A stretch of DNA of 64,000 bases from Candidatus Pyrohabitans jungbluthii (GCA_002010065.2 MTMD02000002.1:128001-192000), one strand, 5' to 3'; positions 45,836 to 56,191 are shown, counted from the first letter of the stretch. Notes: generated by a model not told the origin, from the sequence alone. Numbers and translations: made by a program.

Positions 45836-48800
45836 GTGAATAAGGTTTATGCCGGGCTCGTATTCATCGTAATTGCTGCTTTAATCTCAATAACTTCAGC
45901 TCAAACAGAATGGCTTACGCTAGAAGAGGTTGTAATAAATCTTGGCACTACAGATGAGGTTGGAGTGGGACAGATTTTACGGGTTGATGTGGTGGTCAGC
46001 AGCTATGGTGCTCCTCAGCCTGTAAATGCGACAATTGGTGTGGACATCTACAATTCTTCAGGATACGTTACAAGCTTTCCAAACCAGACTGCGGAGATAT
46101 CACAGGACAGCAATGTAACTTTCACATTTAGTGCGAGTGTCGCATTGAGCACAGGTTACTACACCGCTCAGGCTTTTGTTGTGTATGATCAGAATGGAAC
46201 AAATAAAACACTGCTCAAAAATGCCAGCTTTAAGGTCGTAAATTTATCGGCAGTCTCTCTGGGCATAGATCACGAAGATGTGGCAGCGGGAGAAACAGCC
46301 ACCTTCCTTCAAACAATAAATAACAATGGCATTGTACCTGCTAATGCTACCGTTAAAGTCTGGATAGAATATGATGACCCCTCAACTACATACGTAGACC
46401 GCATAATGGCAACAGAGCCACCCGCCACTAAAACAATACAAAACAATACCGTTGGTGTGGTAAATGTTTTATGGGCAGTGCCAGAAGATTTAACGAGCTG
46501 TGACTACACCAATAGCAGCCGTTATAGTGTTTATTCCACCTGGAAATATGGTACTGCACCGGATTTTGTCTATGCAAATTCCTTGGCTAATTTTAATGTA
46601 TCTTACGTTGTGGTGGATACAGAAATTTTGCAGGGTGGTTACTCCCACTCAGGCCTTGACCAGACGGAGGCTGCCCCTGGAGGTGAGGTTTCGGGAGATA
46701 TAGAGCTTTTGAACAGGGGATATTATTCCACAGTTATTCATGAAGTAAGGGCATGGGTAGAGGATAGCGCTGGTAACAAAGTCACAGACCTCTCTCCTAC
46801 CGATTTTACTTTAAATATTGTGAATAATGGATATAAAGATGTTGTTCTTCCTGGACACAATGCTAGCTGCTCGGAGGTGAGTAGCAATACTACAATTGCC
46901 CACCAAGGTGCACTAGAGTTTCCATTTAAAGGCACACTACCTCCAAACCTTCCGTTAAATGATAGCTATAAGGTTGTCTTTGCTATAGACTATGGTGTGC
47001 CAAGGGATAAGCTCATGGGCAACCCGTGGAACATCTTGCAGAACTACTCTTTTGAGATAGTCAAGGCGGAGGTGACCAATGTCACAGCGCGTTCAGAGGT
47101 CGCTCCCGGTGCAACTCAGACTATAACAACTTCTATTAAGAATGTCGGTGTAAACACAATTGACAGTGCTAGTGTGATTGTAGAGATTCGCAATCCTTCA
47201 AACGCAGAAGTTAAGAACTTTACAGACACAATTCAGAATCTTGCTGAGGGAGATACCGTTAACCTTTCCTATAACTGGGATGTGCCAAGCAATCTAGAAC
47301 TAGGAACTTACATTGTTTCTTCGCGAGTACATTACGCTACTGGCGTTTATCACAACCTCTCCACCACATTTAATGTGGTGAGGTTTAGTGTGCTAAACAT
47401 AAGTTCTTCGCCTGTAGCTCCGTACGAATCCACAAATGTAACAGTTAAGATGGAGAATCAGGGACCAACGAATGCAACTCTGGAGCTACTGGGTGTGAAG
47501 GTAAAAGCAGATAAGACGGTGGACTTAGGGACAATAACCAACAGAGTAATACCTGCTGGAAGTACAGAACCTCTGAACTTTACATACTACTTTGACCCAG
47601 AAGGCATGAGCAATGGAACATTTAGCATCGAAGCCAACATCACCTACGGGGGTATATCTTATCCAAAATCCTCGAACATAACCCTCCTCCCCGTTGGCAT
47701 AAAATCCTTTTCTCTCCCGGACTACGGGGTAACCAATATCAGCTTCGACTTTAACGTTACTCTTCACAACATCGCGGGCAGCGCGGTGAGCGTATTCCTG
47801 AACCTCACCGTCAACGGGAGCACTTACAACTCCACCATTTTAAGCGTACCCGCAAACTCCACGCTTACTCACACCTTCCCGATAAACCTAACATCTTCGG
47901 GCAGCTACAATATAACCATCTATGCCAATTACTCCTCCCTGCCAGGAAGGCTCTCAAGGAGTGGTGTTATAACGATTTACGACGCTGGAGTGGAGCTTTC
48001 CCTAGCATCCAGCGACATAACTTACACCCCAGCGTCGCCAAAGCAGGGGGATACCATAACCATCTCTGCGATTGTGCACAACACTGGCGACATCGATGCC
48101 AGCAACGTGGTGGTGGAGTTTCTGCTCGACTCTGCGAGCTATGCAAACAAAACCATAAGCATATCCGCCAACTCTAACGCAACCATTAACTTCACTTGGT
48201 CGAATGCTGCCTCAGGTGCGCACACAGTAACAATAAGGGCTGACCCGCTAAACGCCTTCGGTGAGAAGAACGAAAGTGACAACGCGGCGAGCATCTCTGT
48301 GAGCGTTGCTTCGTCGGCGCAAACGCCAGGTGGCGGCGGAGGTGGCGGTCCGGGAGTAGAGCCTGCCTTCGAAGAGGGCCTTAACGAGGTTACCACAAAA
48401 TCGCTCCTCCAAGCGGTGAAGGAAAAGCGCCTCGAAAATGCGCGGTTCTATCATGCGGAGGAGCCGCTTCTTCCTGTGTTGGCGGTTCTAGGCTACAATC
48501 CAGCGCCAGATAGTATTAGAGAGAAGCTCACCAGGGTTGAGCCCGTAACCGGCGATGTCTATGCTATAGCTGCAGAGCTTGCGGTGGAGAAGTACACCCG
48601 CCTAACCTATCCGAATACTGTGGTCGTAGCCAGGGGCGACATACCCGCGGATGCGATTGCGGCTATAGCTTATGCGAAGAGCAACCGCATACCAGTGCTC
48701 CTCACTAAACCTGGAGACCTGCCAGAGGCGACGCTTCTCGCCTTGGAGAAATTCTCCCCACGCAGGATAATAATCCTGGGCGGAGAGAAGGCGGTTTCGC

Positions 48801-49408
48801 GAGAGGTGGAGGAGCAGCTTGCCTCCATAGCAAGTGTTGAGCGCATCGCCGGCGATACGCGCTACGAGACTGCAGTGAAGCTGGCGGAACTCACCAAGGG
48901 TTACGACACCATTGTAGTTACCAATGGAGAGGCGCCGAGCAGCGATGCGGTGTTTCTCGCAGCTATGTACAGGGCGCCTGTGGTGTATGTGAAGGGCAAC
49001 GAGGTGCCAGAGGTTACGGCGGATTTCCTCGTTAACCACAGAGTTACGCCGAAATTCAGACCCGTAAAGCTGCTTTTAGTAGGGGTTAACGCCTCGCTGA
49101 AAGAGCAGATTTTCGGGCTCATACTCTCCCCCCATCTCAGCGGCGAGGTTGTGGTCACTGTGGTAAACGAGGACGACGACAGGCTCTACGTCGAGGTGTA
49201 CGTGGGTAGCATACCTCGCGGAGAGTTCATAAACTCCGGCTCCAGCTACACATACAAGCCCTTTAAGCTTAAGCCAGGCGAGTACAAGGTGAAACTTAGG
49301 TGGCTCGACCCAGATAAGCTTGAGTTCAACTATCAGGAAACTAAGGTCTCTGTAAATCCGGCGGAGCGCACAGAAATAACCCTGAGGGTGCCAAGAATCA
49401 CCCCATAG
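45836..49408 (+). CDS. Large secreted surface glycoprotein: Ig/CARDB-like repeats, poly-Gly linker, cell-wall-binding repeat 2 (CWB2) domain
   Basis: Signal peptide, many N-x-S/T sequons, CARDB (V.N.G....NV.V.F..D...E.NE.DN), PVLLT, ILGGEKAVS, RIAGDTRYETA. Confidence 0.85.
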   Translation: MNKVYAGLVFIVIAALISITSAQTEWLTLEEVVINLGTTDEVGVGQILRVDVVVSSYGAPQPVNATIGVDIYNSSGYVTSFPNQTAEISQDSNVTFTFSASVALSTGYYTAQAFVVYDQNGTNKTLLKNASFKVVNLSAVSLGIDHEDVAAGETATFLQTINNNGIVPANATVKVWIEYDDPSTTYVDRIMATEPPATKTIQNNTVGVVNVLWAVPEDLTSCDYTNSSRYSVYSTWKYGTAPDFVYANSLANFNVSYVVVDTEILQGGYSHSGLDQTEAAPGGEVSGDIELLNRGYYSTVIHEVRAWVEDSAGNKVTDLSPTDFTLNIVNNGYKDVVLPGHNASCSEVSSNTTIAHQGALEFPFKGTLPPNLPLNDSYKVVFAIDYGVPRDKLMGNPWNILQNYSFEIVKAEVTNVTARSEVAPGATQTITTSIKNVGVNTIDSASVIVEIRNPSNAEVKNFTDTIQNLAEGDTVNLSYNWDVPSNLELGTYIVSSRVHYATGVYHNLSTTFNVVRFSVLNISSSPVAPYESTNVTVKMENQGPTNATLELLGVKVKADKTVDLGTITNRVIPAGSTEPLNFTYYFDPEGMSNGTFSIEANITYGGISYPKSSNITLLPVGIKSFSLPDYGVTNISFDFNVTLHNIAGSAVSVFLNLTVNGSTYNSTILSVPANSTLTHTFPINLTSSGSYNITIYANYSSLPGRLSRSGVITIYDAGVELSLASSDITYTPASPKQGDTITISAIVHNTGDIDASNVVVEFLLDSASYANKTISISANSNATINFTWSNAASGAHTVTIRADPLNAFGEKNESDNAASISVSVASSAQTPGGGGGGGPGVEPAFEEGLNEVTTKSLLQAVKEKRLENARFYHAEEPLLPVLAVLGYNPAPDSIREKLTRVEPVTGDVYAIAAELAVEKYTRLTYPNTVVVARGDIPADAIAAIAYAKSNRIPVLLTKPGDLPEATLLALEKFSPRRIIILGGEKAVSREVEEQLASIASVERIAGDTRYETAVKLAELTKGYDTIVVTNGEAPSSDAVFLAAMYRAPVVYVKGNEVPEVTADFLVNHRVTPKFRPVKLLLVGVNASLKEQIFGLILSPHLSGEVVVTVVNEDDDRLYVEVYVGSIPRGEFINSGSSYTYKPFKLKPGEYKVKLRWLDPDKLEFNYQETKVSVNPAERTEITLRVPRITP

Positions 49409-49413
49409 CCTCT

Positions 49414-50685
49414 CTACTTTTTGGGTATCTTCGCCTTCTCGTACGCTGAGAGGTTGTTCAGCGGCTTTGTGGCATCGAAGCCGAGCTTTGTTGTTAGCCC
49501 TGTTTTACCGGCGCTCGGGTCCAGGGAGGAGCCTCGCACCGAGCGAAGCATGACCAGGTCGCGATCGCCCTGGAAGCGCGTGGCTATGGCAAACTCCACC
49601 TCTTCGCTGCTGAAGATGTCAATATCGTCGTCTACAACCACCACGTGCTTCATGCTGGGGTGCCCTTCAAAGGCGGCGAGAATCGCCTTCTTGGCGTCTT
49701 CCTCGCCCCGCTTTTCTATAGCCACGACTCCATGAAGCCAGCTGCAGCCTCCCGGAGTGAGCACTACATTCTTCACCCTGGCCACCTTAGCGACGGAGGC
49801 GAAGATCCTTGGTTCTTGAGGCATGCCCATTAGCAAGCGGTGCTCCACACTGCTTGGAAGCAGAGCATGGTATATGGCATCGCGGCGATGGTAAATTCCT
49901 GTAACTTCCACCACGGGCTGCTTTCTCACGATGTCGTAGGTTCCGGTAATGTCTGTGAAAGGACCCTCGTCCACGCGCTCATGGGGTAAAATCCTGCCCT
50001 CTATAACAATCTCGGCATTCGCAGGAATCTCCAGATCGACAGTCTTGCACTTTGCCAGCTCAATGGGCTCGCCCAGGAGAGCGGAAGCCAGGCAGAGTTC
50101 GTCCTGGTTTATTCCGAAAGAGTAGCTCGAGGCGAAGAGCAAAGCGGGATGCATTCCTATTACTATAGCTACCTCAAGGGCCTCGCCCTTGGCTTCTGCT
50201 TTCTTGTAGTACTCATATAGATGGCGCTCAACCAGGCGAATAGCTAGGCGATGCCCGTCGAGCACAAGCATTCGGTGTACGCTTGCATTGCGACCGTGCT
50301 CCTCATCTTTGGCAATTACTACGCCTGAGGTTATGTACCTGCCAGCGTCCTTCTCAAAGTGCTTAAGTATGGGAAGCTCATCTAAGCTTGAGCATCGCCT
50401 CTCGTACACAGGTGCATTATCCACAAGACTAAACTCTCCTTCACAGCGCTTCGCCGCTTCTGTTACGTGGTGGATGTAGTTCTCTTTGGTCGTGCCCAGA
50501 GCTTCGCACATGCGCTCCCGCGAGGTTACGAGGTTGCCAACCACGGGAAGCTTGCTCCCCTTAACCCGCTGAAACAGGATGGTCTTTCGTGGGTTCTCGT
50601 GCAACATTGCGCTGATCTCATACTCGGGGTCTACCTCCTCCTCTACCACAAGGTCAGCCTTTAAAAAATCCCGCAGGTCTTTCAT
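49414..50685 (-). CDS. UbiD-family prFMN decarboxylase (probably anhydromevalonate phosphate decarboxylase of the archaeal mevalonate pathway)
   Basis: N.SVHR, EIVIEG, EGPF.D..G.Y, VVVDDDID, SLDPS, K.G.DAT. Confidence 0.9.
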   Translation of the reverse strand: MKDLRDFLKADLVVEEEVDPEYEISAMLHENPRKTILFQRVKGSKLPVVGNLVTSRERMCEALGTTKENYIHHVTEAAKRCEGEFSLVDNAPVYERRCSSLDELPILKHFEKDAGRYITSGVVIAKDEEHGRNASVHRMLVLDGHRLAIRLVERHLYEYYKKAEAKGEALEVAIVIGMHPALLFASSYSFGINQDELCLASALLGEPIELAKCKTVDLEIPANAEIVIEGRILPHERVDEGPFTDITGTYDIVRKQPVVEVTGIYHRRDAIYHALLPSSVEHRLLMGMPQEPRIFASVAKVARVKNVVLTPGGCSWLHGVVAIEKRGEEDAKKAILAAFEGHPSMKHVVVVDDDIDIFSSEEVEFAIATRFQGDRDLVMLRSVRGSSLDPSAGKTGLTTKLGFDATKPLNNLSAYEKAKIPKK

Positions 50686-51227
50686 TCGCCTCCCCACCTA
50701 GCATAGAGGTTGTTCTGTATTCCCAGAGCGTCGAGCACCTTGCCTGCGATGAAGCTGAGCATGTCGTCTATGCTTTTCGGACGGTGGTAGAAGGCGGGCA
50801 TCGCAGGCAGGATAACAGCGCCCAGCCTAGCGAGCTTAAGCATATTCTCAAGGTGAATCGCATTAAGCGGCGTCTCTCGAGGCACGAGCACAAGCCTGCG
50901 GCACTCCTTTAACATTACATCAGCGCTGCGCGTTATTAAATTAGAGGCATAGCCACTCGCAATGGCTGCGAGGGTTTTCATGCTGCAGGGTATTATAACC
51001 ATCGCATCAACGCGGAAGGAGCCGCTGGAGAAGGGTGCCTCTATCTCGTGCTCAGAGTAACATCGCTCTAGATCAAGCTTAGCATCGCCCACCTCATGTT
51101 TGAGGATCTTTTTCGCAGCATCGCTGATTACGCATTCGTAGCTTATATTCAACTCCTCCAGCGCCTCGAGAAAGCGCAGCGCATACGCCACGCCGCTTGC
51201 TCCGGTTATGGCCACGAGAACCTTCAT
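50682..51227 (-). CDS. ubiX: Flavin prenyltransferase
   Basis: ITGASG, SSGS, PCSMKTLA, RETPL, PAFYH.P. Confidence 0.96.
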   Translation of the reverse strand: MKVLVAITGASGVAYALRFLEALEELNISYECVISDAAKKILKHEVGDAKLDLERCYSEHEIEAPFSSGSFRVDAMVIIPCSMKTLAAIASGYASNLITRSADVMLKECRRLVLVPRETPLNAIHLENMLKLARLGAVILPAMPAFYHRPKSIDDMLSFIAGKVLDALGIQNNLYARWGGE

Positions 51228-51283
51228 AGGTTAAGCATGGGCGCGGGAATTTTTATAGGTTTTGGGATACATTTAAATTCAGG

Positions 51284-52474
51284 ATGCATCGCAGAATAGA
51301 GAAGCTGGTAACGCTGCTGCAGGAGGCAGGGGTTGAGTGCTGCATTATATCCAAGCCCGAGAATGTTTACTACTTCACTGGCGTATTCCCCATAGAGGCT
51401 TCCTTCCTCCTTGTTTCTACGAAGCGTGAGCCTGCGCTTCTTGTAGCGCCTTCAAGCTACCCCGAGGCTGAGGAACGCTCCTGCGTTGAGGTTATCAAAG
51501 GCGAACTGAACACCATTGCGGCGCTGAAGAGGGCACTACACCGGAGAGGATGCATGCCTGAGAAGAGCGGTGTTTTGCTGAGGGACTTTCTCAGAGCGGT
51601 GAGGAAAAAGCCCCTGGGGATAGAGGGAGATTATCTCCCTGCAGAGGTTGCGAGGAAGCTCGAGACGAAGTGGCTGGACATCTCGCCGCTCATCAGCGAG
51701 TTGCGCATGGTGAAGGATAGAGAGGAGATTGCTACAATAACTCGGGCGGTAAAAGCCTCTGAAGAAGCCTTGCGCAGGGTTTCGCAGAGCATAGCCCCGC
51801 GCATGCCTGAGCGCGAGCTTTCTGGCATGCTTGACCTTGAGCTCAAGCGCTTGGGCGCTGACCAGACAAAGGCGAGGGTGCGCTCCGGCAAAAACTCAGC
51901 CAAGCCATTTTCAAAGGAGATGAGCGGGAAGGTCGGTAAGGGCGCGCTGCTAATAGACTACGGCGGAGCCTTTGAGCACTACTGGACAGACCTCACGCGG
52001 ACCTTCCACGTGGGCAGGGTGAGCCCTTCATACGAAGAGGTTTATGAGTGCATACTGGAAGCGAAAAGGGCGGCGCTTCGGGAGATCGGCGCTGGTAAGG
52101 AAATCGCTGTAGTAGAGCATGCTGTGAGGGAGGTTTTCAGGGAGCACTCGCTTGAGAAGCATATAGTCTATACGCCTGGGCACGGCGTTGGCCTTGAGGT
52201 GCACGAATTGCCTGTGATAACCTCGCAAAAGCTCAGGGAGGAGCCACCAGTACCAAGAGGAAGCACAGACGCGGAGAGGCTGTACCGCACCATGGCGCGG
52301 CTCTTTATCCGCGAAGAAAAGCCGGTTTTCCAGGAAAACATGGTGCTTACGATTGAACCAGGCTTGTATTTCAATGACTTCGGGGTCAGGGTGGAGGACA
52401 TGGTTCTTGTGAAGCACTGTGCTAAGCTGCTCTCCCGCTTTCCCGATGAGCTGGAGGACGTGACCATAGCCTAA
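51284..52474 (+). CDS. M24 (Xaa-Pro) aminopeptidase family protein
   Basis: Creatinase-like N-domain, IDYG, DLTRT, GHGVGLEVHE, IEPG.Y, GVRVED. Confidence 0.88.
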   Translation: MHRRIEKLVTLLQEAGVECCIISKPENVYYFTGVFPIEASFLLVSTKREPALLVAPSSYPEAEERSCVEVIKGELNTIAALKRALHRRGCMPEKSGVLLRDFLRAVRKKPLGIEGDYLPAEVARKLETKWLDISPLISELRMVKDREEIATITRAVKASEEALRRVSQSIAPRMPERELSGMLDLELKRLGADQTKARVRSGKNSAKPFSKEMSGKVGKGALLIDYGGAFEHYWTDLTRTFHVGRVSPSYEEVYECILEAKRAALREIGAGKEIAVVEHAVREVFREHSLEKHIVYTPGHGVGLEVHELPVITSQKLREEPPVPRGSTDAERLYRTMARLFIREEKPVFQENMVLTIEPGLYFNDFGVRVEDMVLVKHCAKLLSRFPDELEDVTIA

Positions 52475-53304
52475 ATCCCCATCCTCCTGTAGCTCGCCAC
52501 CATGTTCGCCAGCTCACAGTCATAGGAGCAGAACTCGTATTTCAGCCATCGCTTCGCCCCCCACTTCTCTTTAAACCTCGCCACGCCGCTGTTTATTCCA
52601 AGCCCCAGGTTAAGATACCGCTTCCCTCGCTCCTTTGCCTCGCGGATAAACTCGCCTAGCAGGAGGTCGCTTGCTCCAGGCACGTAATTCTTGCGGGAGA
52701 TAAAGTTGAACATGTAGAAGGCAAACTCGCCATGCGAAAAGTCGAAGATGCTGAAGGCGACAAGCTCCCGCTTTTGCCTCGCCTCTAAAAGGAGCGCCTC
52801 GCCGCGGGAAGCGTAGCTCTCAAGTTTTTCAAACACCCCCTGCTTGCTCTCATCTATGCCCCGCCTTAGGAATTCTTCAACCAGGGCAAAGTGCTCCTCG
52901 CCAAACTCGCCTTTCTTCACCTCAAGCCTCTTATAGGCGCTCTTCAGTGTGCTCCTCAGCTTCTTACTTAGCTTAAGCTTCTCCAGGTCCAGAAGGTAGT
53001 AGCAGTCGCTTTCTTTTTTGAGTATAGCAAGCGGCTCCACATCAATTGAGCGAGGCGAGATCACCCCCACCTGTTCTGGCTCAAACTTCTCCACAGCTTC
53101 GTTAAGGGCCTGGCTAAGAGCAGCCATTTCAAACTCTCTTCCGAGAGGGTAGCCTATGAAGCTGAGTTTGCCCTCGCTGAAGTAGCACAGGTAGTCGGCG
53201 ATAAGGCAGGGCTCCGCTCCGGAAATCGATGTGAAGTAGTGCACCAGGTGCTCTGGTATGTAGGCGCGCTGAAGCACATAATGTCTTTCCGAAGCGCTCA
53301 GCAT
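52471..53304 (-). CDS. GNAT/FemAB-like acyl- or aminoacyl-transferase fold protein
   Basis: AYIPEH, LS.KLR..L..A, GASDLL...I..A...G..YLNLG.G...G..RFKEKWGA. Confidence 0.65.
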   Translation of the reverse strand: MLSASERHYVLQRAYIPEHLVHYFTSISGAEPCLIADYLCYFSEGKLSFIGYPLGREFEMAALSQALNEAVEKFEPEQVGVISPRSIDVEPLAILKKESDCYYLLDLEKLKLSKKLRSTLKSAYKRLEVKKGEFGEEHFALVEEFLRRGIDESKQGVFEKLESYASRGEALLLEARQKRELVAFSIFDFSHGEFAFYMFNFISRKNYVPGASDLLLGEFIREAKERGKRYLNLGLGINSGVARFKEKWGAKRWLKYEFCSYDCELANMVASYRRMGI

Positions 53305-53365
53305 AAGAACAGAGCAAAGATTCGCAAGCTCAGAGTTATTGCTGTTACTATAATCTTCTAATAAG

Positions 53366-54508
53366 ATGGGAATACTCGATAGGCTTTTTGGAAGGCGCTC
53401 GCAGAGCAAGAAGAGAAGCAGGAGATTTGACGCCTTCCAGATAGAGCCCACCTCGCGTTGCAACCTGCGCTGCAAAATGTGCCCCCGCTCGAGGTATGCG
53501 AAACACTGGCGCGTGGGCGACCTTGCTATTGAGCTCTTTGAAGAGATGAGCGCTGATTTTCATTTAGCCAGGCATGTGCATCTCCAGGGCTGGGGCGAGC
53601 CGCTGCTCCATGAAAATATAGTGGAGATGGTCAGCATAGCAAAGCAGAAGGGCTGTGCAGTGGGGCTAACTACAAATGCAACTCTGCTTGAGAGCGACTT
53701 GGCGAGGGAGCTTGTAAGGGCAGGTCTCGACGTGGCGGGAATTTCAATAGCTGGTGCCACTGAGGGGACGCATGCTAGCATAAGGGTGGGCTCCTCCCTG
53801 GAGGAGGTTGTTGAGGGTGTAAGAAACCTGATTGAGGCGAGAAAAAGCTTTGCCTCGCGAAAACCCAGGATAGTGCTATCATTCATGCTCACTACTCTGA
53901 GTGTTGGGGAGCTACCCAAGGCGGTAAGGCTTGCCTCTGAGCTGGGCGTGGACGAACTCGTGGCGACCAATCTGGACTACCCCTGCGATGAGCTTGGCGA
54001 CTCCCTGCGAGTATTCTCATGCACTAAAGCAGAGGCGGAGCACCACCAGCGCCTGGCGGAGGCTAAGGCATTGGCAGCAAAGCTTAAGCTCAGCTTTAGG
54101 CATTACCCCCTTGAAATGGAGGAGCTTCTGGTGTGCGAACTCGACCCCACGAAAAACCTCTTCATAGCCCATGATGGCGCGCTTGGACCATGCGTTTACC
54201 TGAACCAGACGCGTGGCGATGGCGAAATACCACGCATATTCTGCGGCAAAAACTATACCATCAGGCGCCTTTACTTCGGCAACGCTTGTGAGGAGGGTAT
54301 TGCTGGAATACTTGAAAAACCTGTCTGGAGGGAGTTTACACAGGTTTTTAGAAGAAGGAAGGAGATATATACGCAGGCTTTTGGTGCCCTATCCTCTGAG
54401 CTCAGCTTTGCTGACCTAAAGGAGGCTGAAGAATGTGTAGAAAGGCTTCTGAGCCGGAATCCCCTTCCGGAGACCTGCGCCACCTGCTACAAGGCGTATG
54501 GAATATGA
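53366..54508 (+). CDS. Radical SAM protein with SPASM/twitch domain
   Basis: CNLRCKMC, GWGEPLL, TTNA, C...DG...PC, C-terminal CATC. Confidence 0.92.
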   Translation: MGILDRLFGRRSQSKKRSRRFDAFQIEPTSRCNLRCKMCPRSRYAKHWRVGDLAIELFEEMSADFHLARHVHLQGWGEPLLHENIVEMVSIAKQKGCAVGLTTNATLLESDLARELVRAGLDVAGISIAGATEGTHASIRVGSSLEEVVEGVRNLIEARKSFASRKPRIVLSFMLTTLSVGELPKAVRLASELGVDELVATNLDYPCDELGDSLRVFSCTKAEAEHHQRLAEAKALAAKLKLSFRHYPLEMEELLVCELDPTKNLFIAHDGALGPCVYLNQTRGDGEIPRIFCGKNYTIRRLYFGNACEEGIAGILEKPVWREFTQVFRRRKEIYTQAFGALSSELSFADLKEAEECVERLLSRNPLPETCATCYKAYGI

Positions 54509-54533
54509 CAAGGTTAATTTTTTACCATTGGTT

Positions 54534-55103
54534 ATGCAGATAACCAAGAGTATCTACATATTTGCACCACCAGAGGTCGTATTCAGGACCATATCTAATG
54601 TTCCCCTCAGACTGAGCCTCAATCCCTTCTGGCGAGTGGTGGAGGTCAGGAAGCTCACGCCAGGGAAGCTTTCCAAGGGGACAAGGTTCAGAATAAGGCT
54701 CAGAACCAGCGAGGGAGAGGTTACATACACCAGCGAGTGCATTGAGGTGGAGGAGAACAGGAAGATACGCAGCAGAGCTATAGAGGCTGGGTTTGAGGTG
54801 CTTCTATCTGTGAGAGAGGTCGCCGGAGGCACACTGCTCACCCACACGGAGATGCTCAAGAATGGTGGAGAAAAGCTGAAAGGCATAGCGGAGGAGATTC
54901 TCGAAGCGTGGCTGGAGAATGTTAAGCGCTACTCTGAACTCAGGAACTCCAGGCTTAATTTCCTTATACCAATTGTAAGGCGCTGGCTCGCTATAAACCC
55001 CCGCGATAGGGAGCTCCTTAAAGCTGTACTCCTGCTTGATCTCAGTGTAACCATCGCAGGCTTTGCAGCGCTCCTTATCGCAAGAGTTCTCTTCACCATC
55101 TAA
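54534..55103 (+). CDS. SRPBCC (START-like) domain protein with C-terminal TM helix
   Basis: I.APPE.VF, LNP.W, GT.LTH.E, WL..VK.Y.EL, hydrophobic tail. Confidence 0.75.
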   Translation: MQITKSIYIFAPPEVVFRTISNVPLRLSLNPFWRVVEVRKLTPGKLSKGTRFRIRLRTSEGEVTYTSECIEVEENRKIRSRAIEAGFEVLLSVREVAGGTLLTHTEMLKNGGEKLKGIAEEILEAWLENVKRYSELRNSRLNFLIPIVRRWLAINPRDRELLKAVLLLDLSVTIAGFAALLIARVLFTI

Positions 55104-55136
55104 ACCTTTTTATTCTCGGGCAGAAATCTATAATCC

Positions 55137-55715
55137 ATGCGGGAAGTATATGTGGAGGAGAGGGTACGTGCTCCTCCTGAGAAGGTTCGCATGCTCATTA
55201 TGGACTTTGAGAGGTGGCTTCGCTTTAACCCGGCATGGTATGAGCTTGAGATTCTGACACGCGAGCCGAAGGTGGATAAAGGCGCTGGAATAAAGGTGAA
55301 GATGTCCTTTGAGGGGGAGGAAAAGAAGTTTCAGAAGGTAAAATTTTCTGTGGAGGAGGCATCTCCAGATAAGGTGGTCTATGCGCTCTCCAACGGCAAG
55401 CGGATTGAGCTCAGCATACGCAACGAAGGCGACGTAACCCTGCTCAGTCACAGGGAGACTCTGCACGCGAGTGAGAGCGAGGAAGAGAAGGAGGAGGAGG
55501 TCAAGCACTGGTTGGCTGCAATAAAGCACTACGCAGAGCTTAAAAACACACCCCTTGCAAAGCTCTCCAGGTTTTTCATAGACCGCGTTCTTCTAAGAAT
55601 GAACCCCATGCAGAGAAGAATCACAGTGCTTATAATCCTCCTACAGGCAGGGCTCCTCGCCACGGCCTTATTTGCTCTCCTCGTAATTTACGTTAAGCAC
55701 AGATTCAACCTTTAA
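55137..55715 (+). CDS. SRPBCC (START-like) domain protein with C-terminal TM helix (paralog of previous)
   Basis: V.APPEKV, FNP.W, T.LSH.E, WL.AIK.Y.EL, M.P.QRRI, hydrophobic tail. Confidence 0.75.
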   Translation: MREVYVEERVRAPPEKVRMLIMDFERWLRFNPAWYELEILTREPKVDKGAGIKVKMSFEGEEKKFQKVKFSVEEASPDKVVYALSNGKRIELSIRNEGDVTLLSHRETLHASESEEEKEEEVKHWLAAIKHYAELKNTPLAKLSRFFIDRVLLRMNPMQRRITVLIILLQAGLLATALFALLVIYVKHRFNL

Positions 55716-56160
55716 CCACAAGCAGGGGAGTGCTAATTTTTTCCAGCACCTTCTCGGGCGTGCGGTAAGATTTGAGGCGCTCAAGCTTGCTTTTATAGCT
55801 TTTGCCTCCCAGGATTACCAGGTCGTAGTCGCCAGAGTTGACCTCTGCAAGTATCTCCTTAGCTGGAGTACCCTCCCTTATCCTTATCTTTGCCTCTACC
55901 CCATTTTCCTCAGCCTTTTTGAGGAATCTCGAGACGATCTCTTCTGCCTGCTTACTTAGCTCCCCCTTAACGTAGCTTATGTACTCGTCCCTGCCAGCGG
56001 CGAATATCTCGTGTGAGATGTTTCTGCTCAATAACCACTGATCTATGACATGAAGGGCATAAAGCTCTGCATTCGCAAGCTTTGCAAGAGAAATAGCATA
56101 CCCCTCAGCTTTTTCGGTATGCTCCTCTCCGTCTATGCAGAGAAGTATCTTCCTGAGCAT
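55705..56160 (-). CDS. Universal stress protein (USP)
   Basis: KILLCIDG, LHVID, G.PA.EI, DLVILGG, PLLVV. Confidence 0.92.
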   Translation of the reverse strand: MLRKILLCIDGEEHTEKAEGYAISLAKLANAELYALHVIDQWLLSRNISHEIFAAGRDEYISYVKGELSKQAEEIVSRFLKKAEENGVEAKIRIREGTPAKEILAEVNSGDYDLVILGGKSYKSKLERLKSYRTPEKVLEKISTPLLVVKG

Positions 56161-56191
56161 AAAAATATAAAATAAAAAGGGATGGGGGCGC

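Noticed and set aside
49414-51227. ubiD/ubiX as ubiquinone biosynthesis or a novel pathway
   Set aside because: In archaea this pair is best explained by the known modified mevalonate pathway.
53304-55137. RiPP precursor peptide for the radical SAM/SPASM enzyme
   Set aside because: Intergenic gaps are too small, and no Cys-rich or leader-like small ORF or RRE domain is evident.
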